From Escherichia phage vB_EcoP_Kapi1, in sequence record MT813197: DNA of 39,436 bases; one strand, written 5' to 3'. Under the pieces are notes generated by a model. The model was not told where the DNA came from. It saw nothing but the letters and a program-made list of their open reading frames with translations, and made no database searches. Positions 1-7,764 of this stretch are shown one piece after another; the first letter of the stretch is position 1; each line of letters starts with the position of its first letter. A program made the position numbers and the translations under genes.

Positions 1-1
1 A

Positions 2-17
2 ATGGTGTCCCCTGCAG
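2..17 (-). other. att core (attL/attR copy): minus strand reads CTGCAGGGGACACCAT, which I recall as the 3' end (incl. CCA) of tRNA-Arg argW; tRNA body not present
   Basis: 16-nt string seen at window edge; upstream tRNA T-arm not present so this is a partial copy as expected for a prophage junction; tRNA identity from memory. Confidence 0.5.
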
Positions 18-74
18 ACATCTACTTGAAGCAGCAGGGGATTGATTGGAATGGTGTTTTTTAGATGTGAGAAA

Positions 75-96
75 TATTTTACCCGCTATTTTACCC
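75..96. repeat. Tandem direct repeat TATTTTACCC x2 (75-84, 87-96), candidate Int arm-type / RDF binding sites
   Basis: Exact 10-mer repeated with 12-bp period next to att core; same TTTTACCC motif recurs in both orientations at 39278-39322 upstream of int. Confidence 0.45.
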
Positions 97-291
97 ATTG
101 GCGCGGCTTAAGAGCTTATTTTTGAATTCACAATGGTCACGATATAACCATCTTGCTCGACCGTGGATAACTTTGGCTTTTGGCAGGTCGCCGGACTTAA
201 TCCGGTCATAGATGAAGGTTTTACCAAAGCCAGTATCAGCCATGATGAATTTCAAATCAACCAGTGAATCAGGCTGTAGTTCGTGTTGCAT
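91..291 (-). CDS. xis: Excisionase / recombination directionality factor, AlpA family (TorI-like)
   Basis: 66 aa, MQHELQPDSLVDLKFIMADTGFGKTFIYDRIKSGDLPKAKVIHGRARW; matches my recollection of KplE1 TorI; GGAG RBS 8 nt upstream of ATG; adjacent to att core. Confidence 0.8.
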   Translation of the reverse strand: MQHELQPDSLVDLKFIMADTGFGKTFIYDRIKSGDLPKAKVIHGRARWLYRDHCEFKNKLLSRANG

Positions 292-332
292 GAGTGCTAT
301 CTCCGAATAGGGAATCGAACCTGCAAATCAGG

Positions 333-357
333 CAATAAAAAACCGCCATCAGGCGGC
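333..357 (-). terminator. Rho-independent terminator (minus strand) between early-left ORFs and xis
   Basis: Hairpin CCGCC-ATCA-GGCGG followed on minus strand by TTTTTTATT. Confidence 0.55.
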
Positions 358-531
358 TTGGTGTTCTTTCAGTTCTTCAATTCGAATATTGGTTACGTCT
401 GCATGTGCTATCTGCGCCCACAGCATCCAGTGGTCATAGCAGTCGTTGATGTTCTCTGCTTCGATAACTCTGTTGAATGGTTCTCCATTCCATTCACCTG
501 TGACTCGGAAGTGCATCTGTGATTTCTCCAA
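349..531 (-). CDS. Hypothetical protein (60 aa)
   Basis: ORF in early-left operon orientation; no recognisable family. Confidence 0.4.
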   Translation of the reverse strand: MEKSQMHFRVTGEWNGEPFNRVIEAENINDCYDHWMLWAQIAHADVTNIRIEELKEHQAA

Positions 532-551
532 AAGATGCTTGAGTGCGCTTC

Positions 552-851
552 TTATTCGATTCGCACACCTGGTATTTCGCCTTTTGAAATGGCGAAGTCA
601 TAAATTTGCGCAGCACTATACCCATCTCGCATCCATGAATCTAAGGCGCGAATAGCCTCGCTACGCTTTTTATCTTCTCTTTCATTTTTGATATCAACGA
701 GGACATCAACGCAATTAAGGCATATGTGGATTTTGTCCTTACATTCGATCATGGCGGCTTTACCATGATTTCCGCCACACAGTGAGCATAAATCTTCAGG
801 GTCTGGCTGGTATTTCTGTAACGTTAAAGGGTTGAATGTTGAACAGGCCAT
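552..851 (-). CDS. Hypothetical zinc-ribbon protein (CxxC...CxxC)
   Basis: ORF 552..863; start moved to third in-frame ATG (849-851) which has a GGAG RBS; motif CSLCGG...CLNC. Confidence 0.5.
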   Translation of the reverse strand: MACSTFNPLTLQKYQPDPEDLCSLCGGNHGKAAMIECKDKIHICLNCVDVLVDIKNEREDKKRSEAIRALDSWMRDGYSAAQIYDFAISKGEIPGVRIE

Positions 852-861
852 AATCATCTCC

Positions 862-888
862 ATAAAACAAAACTCGCCGTAGCGAGTT
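862..888 (-). terminator. Rho-independent terminator (minus strand)
   Basis: Hairpin AACTCGC-CGTA-GCGAGTT followed on minus strand by TTGTTTTAT. Confidence 0.5.
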
Positions 889-1008
889 CAGATAAAAGAA
901 ATCCCCGCGAGTGCGAGGATTGTTATTGTCTTTGCTTCGTGCATTTGTCGCACTTTCGGCACCATCCAGATAGGCACATCCGTCCGCAATTAACACATAT
1001 AGGCCACA

Positions 1009-1290
1009 TCATTTTTCCTCTTTTGGTTTATGAATCTGAATGGTCATGCCGCTTTGAGTGGTGACTACAATGACAGAACCAGGCTGAAGGCTGTTAAGAT
1101 TGAATGCTTCGTAAAACGAATCCAATGCCAGTGCTTTTTTATTCTTTCGGTTCCACCAACGCCATCCCCTGCTACAGGCCATGTTGACAATCCACTGCCC
1201 ACTCCTGTAAGCCATATAAAACCAGATGAGCAAAACCTGAAGGAAGGCTATCCAGTCAATAATCGTATATTTCGCGAAGGAGTCCATCAC
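1009..1290 (-). CDS. Hypothetical membrane protein (N-terminal TM helix)
   Basis: 93 aa; hydrophobic segment YTIIDWIAFLQVLLIWFYMAY; stop overlaps start of upstream gene. Confidence 0.5.
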   Translation of the reverse strand: MMDSFAKYTIIDWIAFLQVLLIWFYMAYRSGQWIVNMACSRGWRWWNRKNKKALALDSFYEAFNLNSLQPGSVIVVTTQSGMTIQIHKPKEEK

Positions 1291-1934
1291 TTCACCTCCT
1301 GCGGCGGTTCCGGTAGCGGCATCCAGTGAGTTACACCGCCAATTGGCTCATCGTCGTCGTACTCCAATGCGGTTATATAGAACCCGTCACGACGAGAATA
1401 AGAAATCCCTGACATTACAATGCCATCAGAAACAACAATAATGTCACCCGTTTCTTCCGGCATTCGCTCACTACAGCTTATCCAACCATCCGGAATTACC
1501 GGAGAGTTGCCGGGTTCTTTAATGTGCAAGCGAGGCTCACCATCTTTTGGTTCAGGCCACTGGCGCTCCATGTTGATCTTCAATTTATTTTCCATAGCAG
1601 CGGTAATTTCAGCATCACTGATACCAGCACGGCGCTGTGCATCCCACAACAGGAACTGCATATCAGCCCACTCGCTGAGATCGTCAGGTTCGGCTGCGGC
1701 TTCCAGAGCCTCTTTTGAGAGGTGTTTCAGTGGACCAATGGGGCCAACGCAGCCAAATGTGGAGTCAGACCATTTGGCATGCTCGTGGCGAATCTGTTCG
1801 CGTTCCAGTGATGCCAGTGCAATTCGTGCCAGTTCTTCCGCTTCTTCTGCTGGCAGTACAACGTTGCTACCAGGTCCGTATGTTTCGCGCCACTGCTTGA
1901 TTGTCAGCAGTCGCTCTTTGGTAATAGTGGTCAT
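1287..1934 (-). CDS. DUF550/DUF551-type phage protein (putative dATP/dGTP pyrophosphohydrolase-like N-domain plus DUF551 C-domain)
   Basis: 215 aa; C-terminus VTHWMPLPEPP is the DUF551 signature as I recall it; common in lambdoid early-left regions. Confidence 0.6.
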   Translation of the reverse strand: MTTITKERLLTIKQWRETYGPGSNVVLPAEEAEELARIALASLEREQIRHEHAKWSDSTFGCVGPIGPLKHLSKEALEAAAEPDDLSEWADMQFLLWDAQRRAGISDAEITAAMENKLKINMERQWPEPKDGEPRLHIKEPGNSPVIPDGWISCSERMPEETGDIIVVSDGIVMSGISYSRRDGFYITALEYDDDEPIGGVTHWMPLPEPPQEVK

Positions 1935-1936
1935 AG

Positions 1937-2128
1937 CTATTTCACCTTAATTTCAACATTTCGCAGCTTTAGCTCCACTGGCAGTTCTGACTTTCCGGTT
2001 AAAGCTAATGCGAGATTTTCTGGAGTAATGAGAGCTGTTATTGTTTTCCCCGTCGCCAGACGAATAATCATTCGTATCTCGCGATCGTCACATGCTCCCG
2101 GCCGAACAATTGAGATTTGTCCGTTCAT
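1937..2128 (-). CDS. Hypothetical protein (63 aa)
   Basis: Tightly packed in operon (3-nt gap to the gene at 1287..1934). Confidence 0.45.
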   Translation of the reverse strand: MNGQISIVRPGACDDREIRMIIRLATGKTITALITPENLALALTGKSELPVELKLRNVEIKVK

Positions 2129-2129
2129 C

Positions 2130-2624
2130 TCACTCTCCTTTGATGCGAATGCCAGTGGTACTCATTCTCCTGATTTCCCAGAGCACACGAGGAATACCAC
2201 CGTTTCCGACCGGATCGCGTTTACTCCGCAGGGCGACGCTTGATTCCGCCCAGCTTTTTCTTGGAGGAAGCTCTTTCACACGAACAAAACCAGCTGCGCG
2301 AAGAGATGCTCCTGATTCATCTGCCTGGGTGTACGTAATACAACGTTGATAACCCATAGCTTTTGCTGCCCGCCAGATAGCACCATAAAGCGCGCTGTTA
2401 GCGTTGCGTTCTCCTGTGGTACATGTGCGATTTACTTCAAGCGTTAATCCATCGTCGAAATGTCGTGCAACAGGTCGACCAGCTGTCGCCACACCTATCA
2501 ATTCTCCGGCATTATTTCTCAGACCAATGCTGAATTTATGCCCCACTGGTGGTTTATTGTGTCGGTGGTGCTGTGCGATAAATTCCTGCGCCGCTTTCAG
2601 CGTTATAGGTGAAATGACCATCAC
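2130..2624 (-). CDS. Hypothetical protein (164 aa), weak GNAT-like C-terminal motif
   Basis: ORF packed 2 nt from downstream gene; motif YTQADESGASLRAAGF; family not recognised with confidence. Confidence 0.5.
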   Translation of the reverse strand: MMVISPITLKAAQEFIAQHHRHNKPPVGHKFSIGLRNNAGELIGVATAGRPVARHFDDGLTLEVNRTCTTGERNANSALYGAIWRAAKAMGYQRCITYTQADESGASLRAAGFVRVKELPPRKSWAESSVALRSKRDPVGNGGIPRVLWEIRRMSTTGIRIKGE

Positions 2625-2629
2625 TCAGA

Positions 2630-3013
2630 CTACTCCTTGATGCCAGCGGCGCGGGAATCATTCCATCGCTTTACTTCTTCACGAATTACGTCAATGCATT
2701 CTTTCGAATCCATTAGGTAATCTTCATCAAAAAGACGTTCCTGTTCGTTTTCTATCGCAACAATGATTGCTTCAACTAATTTTTGTGCCTGAGAATCACT
2801 TTCTAACTCTGCAATGCGCTTACTCCCATCCGAGATAACACCTTCGTAATACTCACGCTGCTCGTTGAGTTTTGATTCAAGTTCACCGAACTTACGGACA
2901 AGATATTCAGCGTTTGTTTCGTTAACCTTTAAATCTCGTGGGATGCATTTACCTTTCAGAAAACCATTCATCTCAATTAGTGTCATTTGTTTCATTTCTT
3001 CCCACCCCGCCAC
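2630..3013 (-). CDS. Hypothetical acidic protein (127 aa)
   Basis: ORF in operon orientation. Confidence 0.5.
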   Translation of the reverse strand: MAGWEEMKQMTLIEMNGFLKGKCIPRDLKVNETNAEYLVRKFGELESKLNEQREYYEGVISDGSKRIAELESDSQAQKLVEAIIVAIENEQERLFDEDYLMDSKECIDVIREEVKRWNDSRAAGIKE

Positions 3014-3172
3014 ATCGCATTCAGATATTTGTTTTGATTCACTGAAGGAAAAGAATTTCTCTTAAGCAATTCCTCTCTCGATGGCATTGGCTTTACGCGT
3101 TGGCGAATAATCATTTCTGCCGGAAGAATGCCGGGATTGTATGCAAGTCCTCTCATGGTAAATTCCTCTTTG

Positions 3173-3487
3173 TTAATTTATTCGTATGCCTGCTCTTTCT
3201 TCATCGAGTTTTTTTAGCTTGTATCGCATAGCTCTTACTGAATAAATTGAGCGGCAGGTTGCAATTGCTATTTCTTCTGCGGAGAACTTACCGAAAAGTG
3301 ATACTTCGGCTCTTGTCCAGCGTCTTCCACGAAGTCGGCTAACAATGTCAGCGCCAATCCTTGTTGCTTTCGCCATAACTGCTTTTTCAGTCCTTTCCAG
3401 TTTTTCAGCAATAACTTCAACTGGCATTGTCGCCGATACTTCGCGCAAGAAATCGACTTCCCATTTCTCCCATGGAGTCTTTTTCAT
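3173..3487 (-). CDS. Hypothetical protein (104 aa), internally duplicated W..E..L...EEIA motif, possible DNA-binding
   Basis: Two similar halves: [22 protein letters not shown] / [23 protein letters not shown]. Confidence 0.5.
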   Translation of the reverse strand: MKKTPWEKWEVDFLREVSATMPVEVIAEKLERTEKAVMAKATRIGADIVSRLRGRRWTRAEVSLFGKFSAEEIAIATCRSIYSVRAMRYKLKKLDEERAGIRIN

Positions 3488-3498
3488 AGGCGATACCG

Positions 3499-3987
3499 TT
3501 ATTTGATAAGAAGTGAAGGTTTCCCAACCTTGAGTTGAGCACCGGGAATATTTATTCCTGCTTTTAGTTGGTGCTTGATTGCCAGTTTGTCGGCTTTAAT
3601 TGTCGTTTCAAACTCAACGTATTCAGGAGGAAGGGCGCTTGAGTCGATTATTTCTACAATTTCTGACGGTTTGCGGATTGTTACCTGGTGAATACCTGCT
3701 CGAATATTTTTCTTGCCAACCATTTCAAGAGATGACGCTATATATGATTTGATGCTGTCAATCTTATTTTGAATTACTGCGGCTCGCTCATTCAGTGACT
3801 TTGCCTCTTCCTTGAGGCGTTCGGCATAACCAGATTCATTTTTAATGACGGAAAGAAGTTGTTCTATTTTATCGGTAAATTCTCCTTCCATGCCTTCTAT
3901 TGTGTCAGCAATCATCTCTGGTTCTAAATCTGAATCCATCAATTTTGCGTATTCATTGGCAATTTCATATAGTTTGCTCACTGGCAA
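3499..3987 (-). CDS. Gp157-family protein (recombination-associated)
   Basis: 162 aa, coiled-coil rich, immediately downstream of recT as typical for Gp157-like genes. Confidence 0.5.
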   Translation of the reverse strand: MPVSKLYEIANEYAKLMDSDLEPEMIADTIEGMEGEFTDKIEQLLSVIKNESGYAERLKEEAKSLNERAAVIQNKIDSIKSYIASSLEMVGKKNIRAGIHQVTIRKPSEIVEIIDSSALPPEYVEFETTIKADKLAIKHQLKAGINIPGAQLKVGKPSLLIK

Positions 3988-4876
3988 CCTCCAGTTTCGC
4001 TTTGCATTCTATGTAAATGGCTTGTACGTTCTGCTGCAATTTCATTCCAGATGTCAGGCGATATGCTTCTGCAAAATATCTCTTCAAATCATCCATGTTT
4101 TCAGCCTGAGCCATTTCATCACAAAGAAGTTGTGCTTTATCCGTTATTTCCTGCTGGCGTTTCCGTTCATCTTCGCGGATATCTTCCTCTGATTTGTGCG
4201 GCATAACTGGTTCAGTCCATACACCTTCTTCTTCGTTTAGTACGTGAATAGCACTATCAAGACGTGATGCCTTAGGCCAATACTTGCTTGCACGCTTTAC
4301 GACCGTCTTTCGCGCCATCTCATTCCAGTGATTTACCCATGGTCCTTTATCGCTGAATGCCGCCTTGCTTGTTTTCCTTACAGCCTCAATTTCAGCCAGA
4401 CTCATCTCTTCCGTTAGATAATCACCTGCTGGCGTCTTAACTGTGCAGTAAACACCAACGATATCGCCACGATCACCGAAGGCGTTGTATTTATGGGTTG
4501 GTGCTTTATCAAGTCCGTTTGACTCATAAGTATCGTTAGCATGAACAAGCTTTGCCTGACCCCATGAGATAACACCAGACTCCATTGCAATATGTAGCAA
4601 TCCCATATAGCTGATATCAAGGCAAACCATGCCGTCGCGCGGAACCAGATAAGCCAGTTTGCTAGCCGGGTTTAAGGTGATACCGATCGCCGCAACATTG
4701 ATGATGGCGTTCTGTGCGCTGGTTGGATTTGCCAGTGCTGTTTTAGCCAGGTAATCATTTTTCTGGAAATACTGAATTGCAAACTGGCTTTCCTTAGCCC
4801 ATGTCACCGTCTGTTCAGTCAATGCTCCGCAGAATAACTGCTCCTGCTGTTTAACGAATTCAACGATATTGCTCAT
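3965..4876 (-). CDS. recT: RecT-family single-strand annealing recombinase
   Basis: 303 aa; motif GPWVNHWNEMARKTVVKRASKYWP parallels RecT GPWVTHWEEMAKKTAIRRLFKYLP. Confidence 0.85.
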   Translation of the reverse strand: MSNIVEFVKQQEQLFCGALTEQTVTWAKESQFAIQYFQKNDYLAKTALANPTSAQNAIINVAAIGITLNPASKLAYLVPRDGMVCLDISYMGLLHIAMESGVISWGQAKLVHANDTYESNGLDKAPTHKYNAFGDRGDIVGVYCTVKTPAGDYLTEEMSLAEIEAVRKTSKAAFSDKGPWVNHWNEMARKTVVKRASKYWPKASRLDSAIHVLNEEEGVWTEPVMPHKSEEDIREDERKRQQEITDKAQLLCDEMAQAENMDDLKRYFAEAYRLTSGMKLQQNVQAIYIECKAKLEVASEQTI

Positions 4877-5184
4877 GCAGCTTCTCCATAAATATGTCTG
4901 CGTTTGAATATTGCGAAGGCATATTCAGCCTTAACTCTTTCGGTTATTGCATCCCAGAACCATTCAGCGGCTTTTTCCTGATAGTTACAGTCATCATCTT
5001 CCAGCCAGTCGATAGCGTCCTTAGTGTGTTCATCTGGTTTATATGAGCGAAGCATTTCGCTTATTGGGTCGCAACGTTTGCAGAGGCGATCAACTTCACT
5101 GTTGATTCGTTCGTAATCTTCATCAGTAAAACTTGCGATTATTTGCGATATTTCACGCTTATCATTCAGAGTCAGAATCATCAT
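4873..5184 (-). CDS. Hypothetical protein (103 aa) upstream of recT
   Basis: Overlaps recT start by 4 nt (translational coupling). Confidence 0.5.
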   Translation of the reverse strand: MMILTLNDKREISQIIASFTDEDYERINSEVDRLCKRCDPISEMLRSYKPDEHTKDAIDWLEDDDCNYQEKAAEWFWDAITERVKAEYAFAIFKRRHIYGEAA

Positions 5185-5620
5185 CTTTCTCCTGTTCTTT
5201 GTGCTGATTGAGCATTTTGTTCATCTGACGAATGAATTCTTCGTCTGACCAGTTATCTGTAAAACTCATTTCCTGCGATACCATGGAAGGTTGATAGCTG
5301 ATTTCATCGCTTTATTTGCTTCAAGCCACATTTTTGAATCACCAATAAATCGGGCTATTACTGCTTTGTTTTGTGCAGCACGAAGCATCTGGTGATTAAT
5401 GGCTATTTCATTGCGCATAACGCCTCCAGTTGTTTCTTTGCTGCTCTGATTAATTGTTTAACTCGGCGTGATAATTCAGATTCGTGCGGGTAGAAAGCGG
5501 ACATGACGCCGCTACCCGCGAGCTGAAAGTGCATCATGGGTAACTCCTTATATTTGATTGCATAACGAAAATGCCTCTCGTGAAGCATTATTGGTATGCG
5601 GTAAAGCCGCGCTCAGGCGG

Positions 5621-5869
5621 CTACTCTATTTCTTCTTCGAATGATTTTATTAGTCGGTCAATAACATCATCCGTTTCAATATCATTTCCGTCTGATTGCT
5701 TTAATACATCTATTGATTCTGCAGCGGTAAATTCCATCGCTGTGAGAAACTCGACAATTGCACACTCAACGACATATCGTTCTTCATCTGTACGACATGA
5801 GATAAAAGAGCATTTAATTGCTGTTATTACTTTTTGTTTAAGCTCTGCAGGGTAATCAGTTTTTATCAT
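5621..5869 (-). CDS. Hypothetical small acidic protein (82 aa, about 20 D/E)
   Basis: Strongly acidic composition, C-terminus SFEEEIE. Confidence 0.5.
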   Translation of the reverse strand: MIKTDYPAELKQKVITAIKCSFISCRTDEERYVVECAIVEFLTAMEFTAAESIDVLKQSDGNDIETDDVIDRLIKSFEEEIE

Positions 5870-6043
5870 CGTTCACTCCGTCAAAAAAATTTCCCTCACA
5901 TTGGAGGGCAAAGAAGATTTCCAATAATCAGAACAAGTCGGCTCCTGTTTAGTTACGAGCGACATTGCTCCGTGTATTCACTCGTTGGAATGAATACACA
6001 GTGCAGTGTTTATTCTGTTGTTTATGCCAAAAATAAAGGACGA

Positions 6044-6667
6044 TTATGCGACCTCGGAAGGAAGTCCAATCATCTTATTCAAATCTTCTACCCGTAAAGC
6101 AGGAAGTGCTGTACTTGCTTTATCTGCTTCTTTTGGTAGCAACTCTTTGCTTTCAGGCCAAACTTCAATAAGTCGCTTAACTGTTGTGACTGAGTTCAAA
6201 GCAGCCCATACATTTGATTCGATATCCTTTTTCTTGGCTTCAAGTTTTTGTTGCAATGCGCAGATTTCATCAAACCTTTTTGTTATTTCGTGTTCTGCGC
6301 TAAACATGCATTTATCTTTGGTCGGAGTAGGGAGCAATATATCTTCGCCGTTGCCGTCTTTCCCATATGAATACCAGCCAACCCTTCTGCCAGATACAGT
6401 CAGATAAATTGAAGTTGAACGGGCATCGCATGAGTAAAATGAACATCCCAGCTTTTCAAGTTCTTCGCTTATAGCCATTAACTTGGATGATAACTGATCC
6501 ACTTCCTCAGTTTTCTTTTTACCGCCAAACACAACAACTCTGGCGTCAAGTGCAAGCTGGTTCTTTAACTTTGTTACTTCTTCAAGCTCAGTGAAAACCC
6601 CAGATTTAATTAAAGCGTTACGAGCGATTTTCTCTTTCATACTCGTTGTTAAGCGGATTGATGACAT
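6044..6667 (-). CDS. Hypothetical protein (207 aa)
   Basis: ORF 6044..6727; start moved to in-frame ATG at 6665-6667, which has a GAGAGG RBS. Confidence 0.5.
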   Translation of the reverse strand: MSSIRLTTSMKEKIARNALIKSGVFTELEEVTKLKNQLALDARVVVFGGKKKTEEVDQLSSKLMAISEELEKLGCSFYSCDARSTSIYLTVSGRRVGWYSYGKDGNGEDILLPTPTKDKCMFSAEHEITKRFDEICALQQKLEAKKKDIESNVWAALNSVTTVKRLIEVWPESKELLPKEADKASTALPALRVEDLNKMIGLPSEVA

Positions 6668-6780
6668 ATTAATTCCTCTCAAATAAGTGGTTTGCTGCCT
6701 AATTTCATTTTCTGGCGACCAACACAAGTCACGCCCATTTCACTGCGTGGTTTGCTGTAGTAAATTCGGTTAGTTCAGAC

Positions 6781-6804
6781 AATAAAAAACCCACCGAAGT
6801 GGGC
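6781..6804 (-). terminator. Rho-independent terminator (minus strand), tL-like
   Basis: Hairpin CCCAC-CGAA-GTGGG followed on minus strand by TTTTTTATT, directly after stop of the ORF at 6804..7148. Confidence 0.55.
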
Positions 6805-7148
6805 TATGACCATTTTTTATTTGGATTTCGTTGGTGAGCGTGGTTAACAACCCTGTGCATTACATCCTCATATTTTTCATCTTCAATTTTTTCAACATCG
6901 CGAGGAAATGGTGTTGCTAATGCTTTGTCAACTTTGTCCATTGGGTCTTCATTAATCTTATATTCAGGACCGTCATCTATAGCATTAAAGCCAGGTGTTA
7001 CACCGTTTTTTAATGCATATGCTATCCTCTTTTCCCATCTCGCTATTCTCCTCCTGTCTCGAGATGTAAGACCTCTATCAGATACTTTTCTATTTTGTCC
7101 GTGGTCGGGATTAACATAAATAGTCTTTTTCACCATAAGCATACTCAA
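6804..7148 (-). CDS. Hypothetical protein (114 aa) immediately downstream of N
   Basis: ORF overlaps N stop by 4 nt. Confidence 0.5.
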   Translation of the reverse strand: MSMLMVKKTIYVNPDHGQNRKVSDRGLTSRDRRRIARWEKRIAYALKNGVTPGFNAIDDGPEYKINEDPMDKVDKALATPFPRDVEKIEDEKYEDVMHRVVNHAHQRNPNKKWS

Positions 7149-7450
7149 TAAGCACCGTACGGTGGTTTACTGTACAATTTTATTTTTTGGACTGCATGTA
7201 TTTTGTTTCCTAATGGGTTTGAATCCTTGTAATAAATACTTCTATTTTTTCGAACGACTTCTTCTTTCTTCTTGCAGCAAAGGCTTCCTAGTGATGCTGC
7301 TTTGTCTGCTCTGACGCAACCAGAGAGCTTTAGCGCAATTTTTCGCGCCAGTGCTTCATTACTGCGTCGCTCGGCAATAAGTTCTGCTCTGCGAGCTTTG
7401 TAGCGGCTTTTTGCCGTACCTTTGGATTCTTTCCAGACAATGGTTACCAT
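7145..7450 (-). CDS. N: Antitermination protein N (phage 21-type arginine-rich motif)
   Basis: GTAKSRYKARRAELIAERR matches the phi21 N ARM peptide as I recall it; first gene after pL; start placed at MVTIVWK. Confidence 0.8.
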   Translation of the reverse strand: MVTIVWKESKGTAKSRYKARRAELIAERRSNEALARKIALKLSGCVRADKAASLGSLCCKKKEEVVRKNRSIYYKDSNPLGNKIHAVQKIKLYSKPPYGAY

Positions 7451-7560
7451 GATGGTCTCCTTTAAGTGGCTTTGGCGCATGACGCGTCGAGGTGCTTATC
7501 TTCTCGATCGCTGTCTTGCAGCTGCAATTCGCGCCATCCCCAAAACCACTCAAGTTCTGG

Positions 7561-7600
7561 TCTCAACGGTTAGGTTGAGAGTCCGTCGATGTTAAAGAGC
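7561..7600 (-). promoter_or_regulatory. nutL (boxA GCTCTTTAA at 7592-7600; boxB hairpin UCUCAACCUAACCGUUGAGA at 7561-7580)
   Basis: boxA-like and palindromic boxB between pL and N on the minus strand. Confidence 0.6.
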
Positions 7601-7647
7601 CTGCCAATCTGTTCCGTTTGGCTTCCAGCGTCCTGCTGATGGCTTAA

Positions 7648-7701
7648 ATTTAAGACTTCTTAATTTATTGGTCAAGTGCATTTTTGAAGAAAACTTAATT
7701 T
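7648..7701 (-). promoter_or_regulatory. OL/pL region with P22-type operator sites (AnTnAAGnnnnCTTnAnT)
   Basis: Two 18-bp sites matching the operator pattern, at 7648-7665 and 7684-7701. Confidence 0.5.
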
Positions 7702-7740
7702 TATGGGCGTGAATTTAGTTTGTCTTTGATTTTTAACGGG

Positions 7741-7764
7741 AAATAAAAAAGGGGCGAAAGCCCC
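7741..7764 (-). terminator. Rho-independent terminator after repressor gene
   Basis: Hairpin GGGGC-GAAA-GCCCC abutting c2 stop, followed on minus strand by TTTTTTATTT. Confidence 0.6.

Noticed and set aside
311-321. GGAATCGAACC, the reverse complement of a canonical tRNA T-loop motif GGTTCGATTCC, in the xis 5' UTR
   Set aside because: Flanking sequence does not form a T-stem or any cloverleaf on either strand; at most a degenerate att or tRNA remnant.
796-996. 66-aa minus-strand ORF spanning the 864-1008 intergenic region
   Set aside because: Overlaps the terminator hairpin and the 5' end of the zinc-ribbon gene; no RBS; likely spurious.
5403-5588. 61-aa minus-strand ORF, and an overlapping 49-aa ORF in another frame, in the 5185-5620 gap
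   Set aside because: Two mutually exclusive small ORFs with no way to choose between them from sequence alone; could be a kil-like micro-gene but left uncalled.
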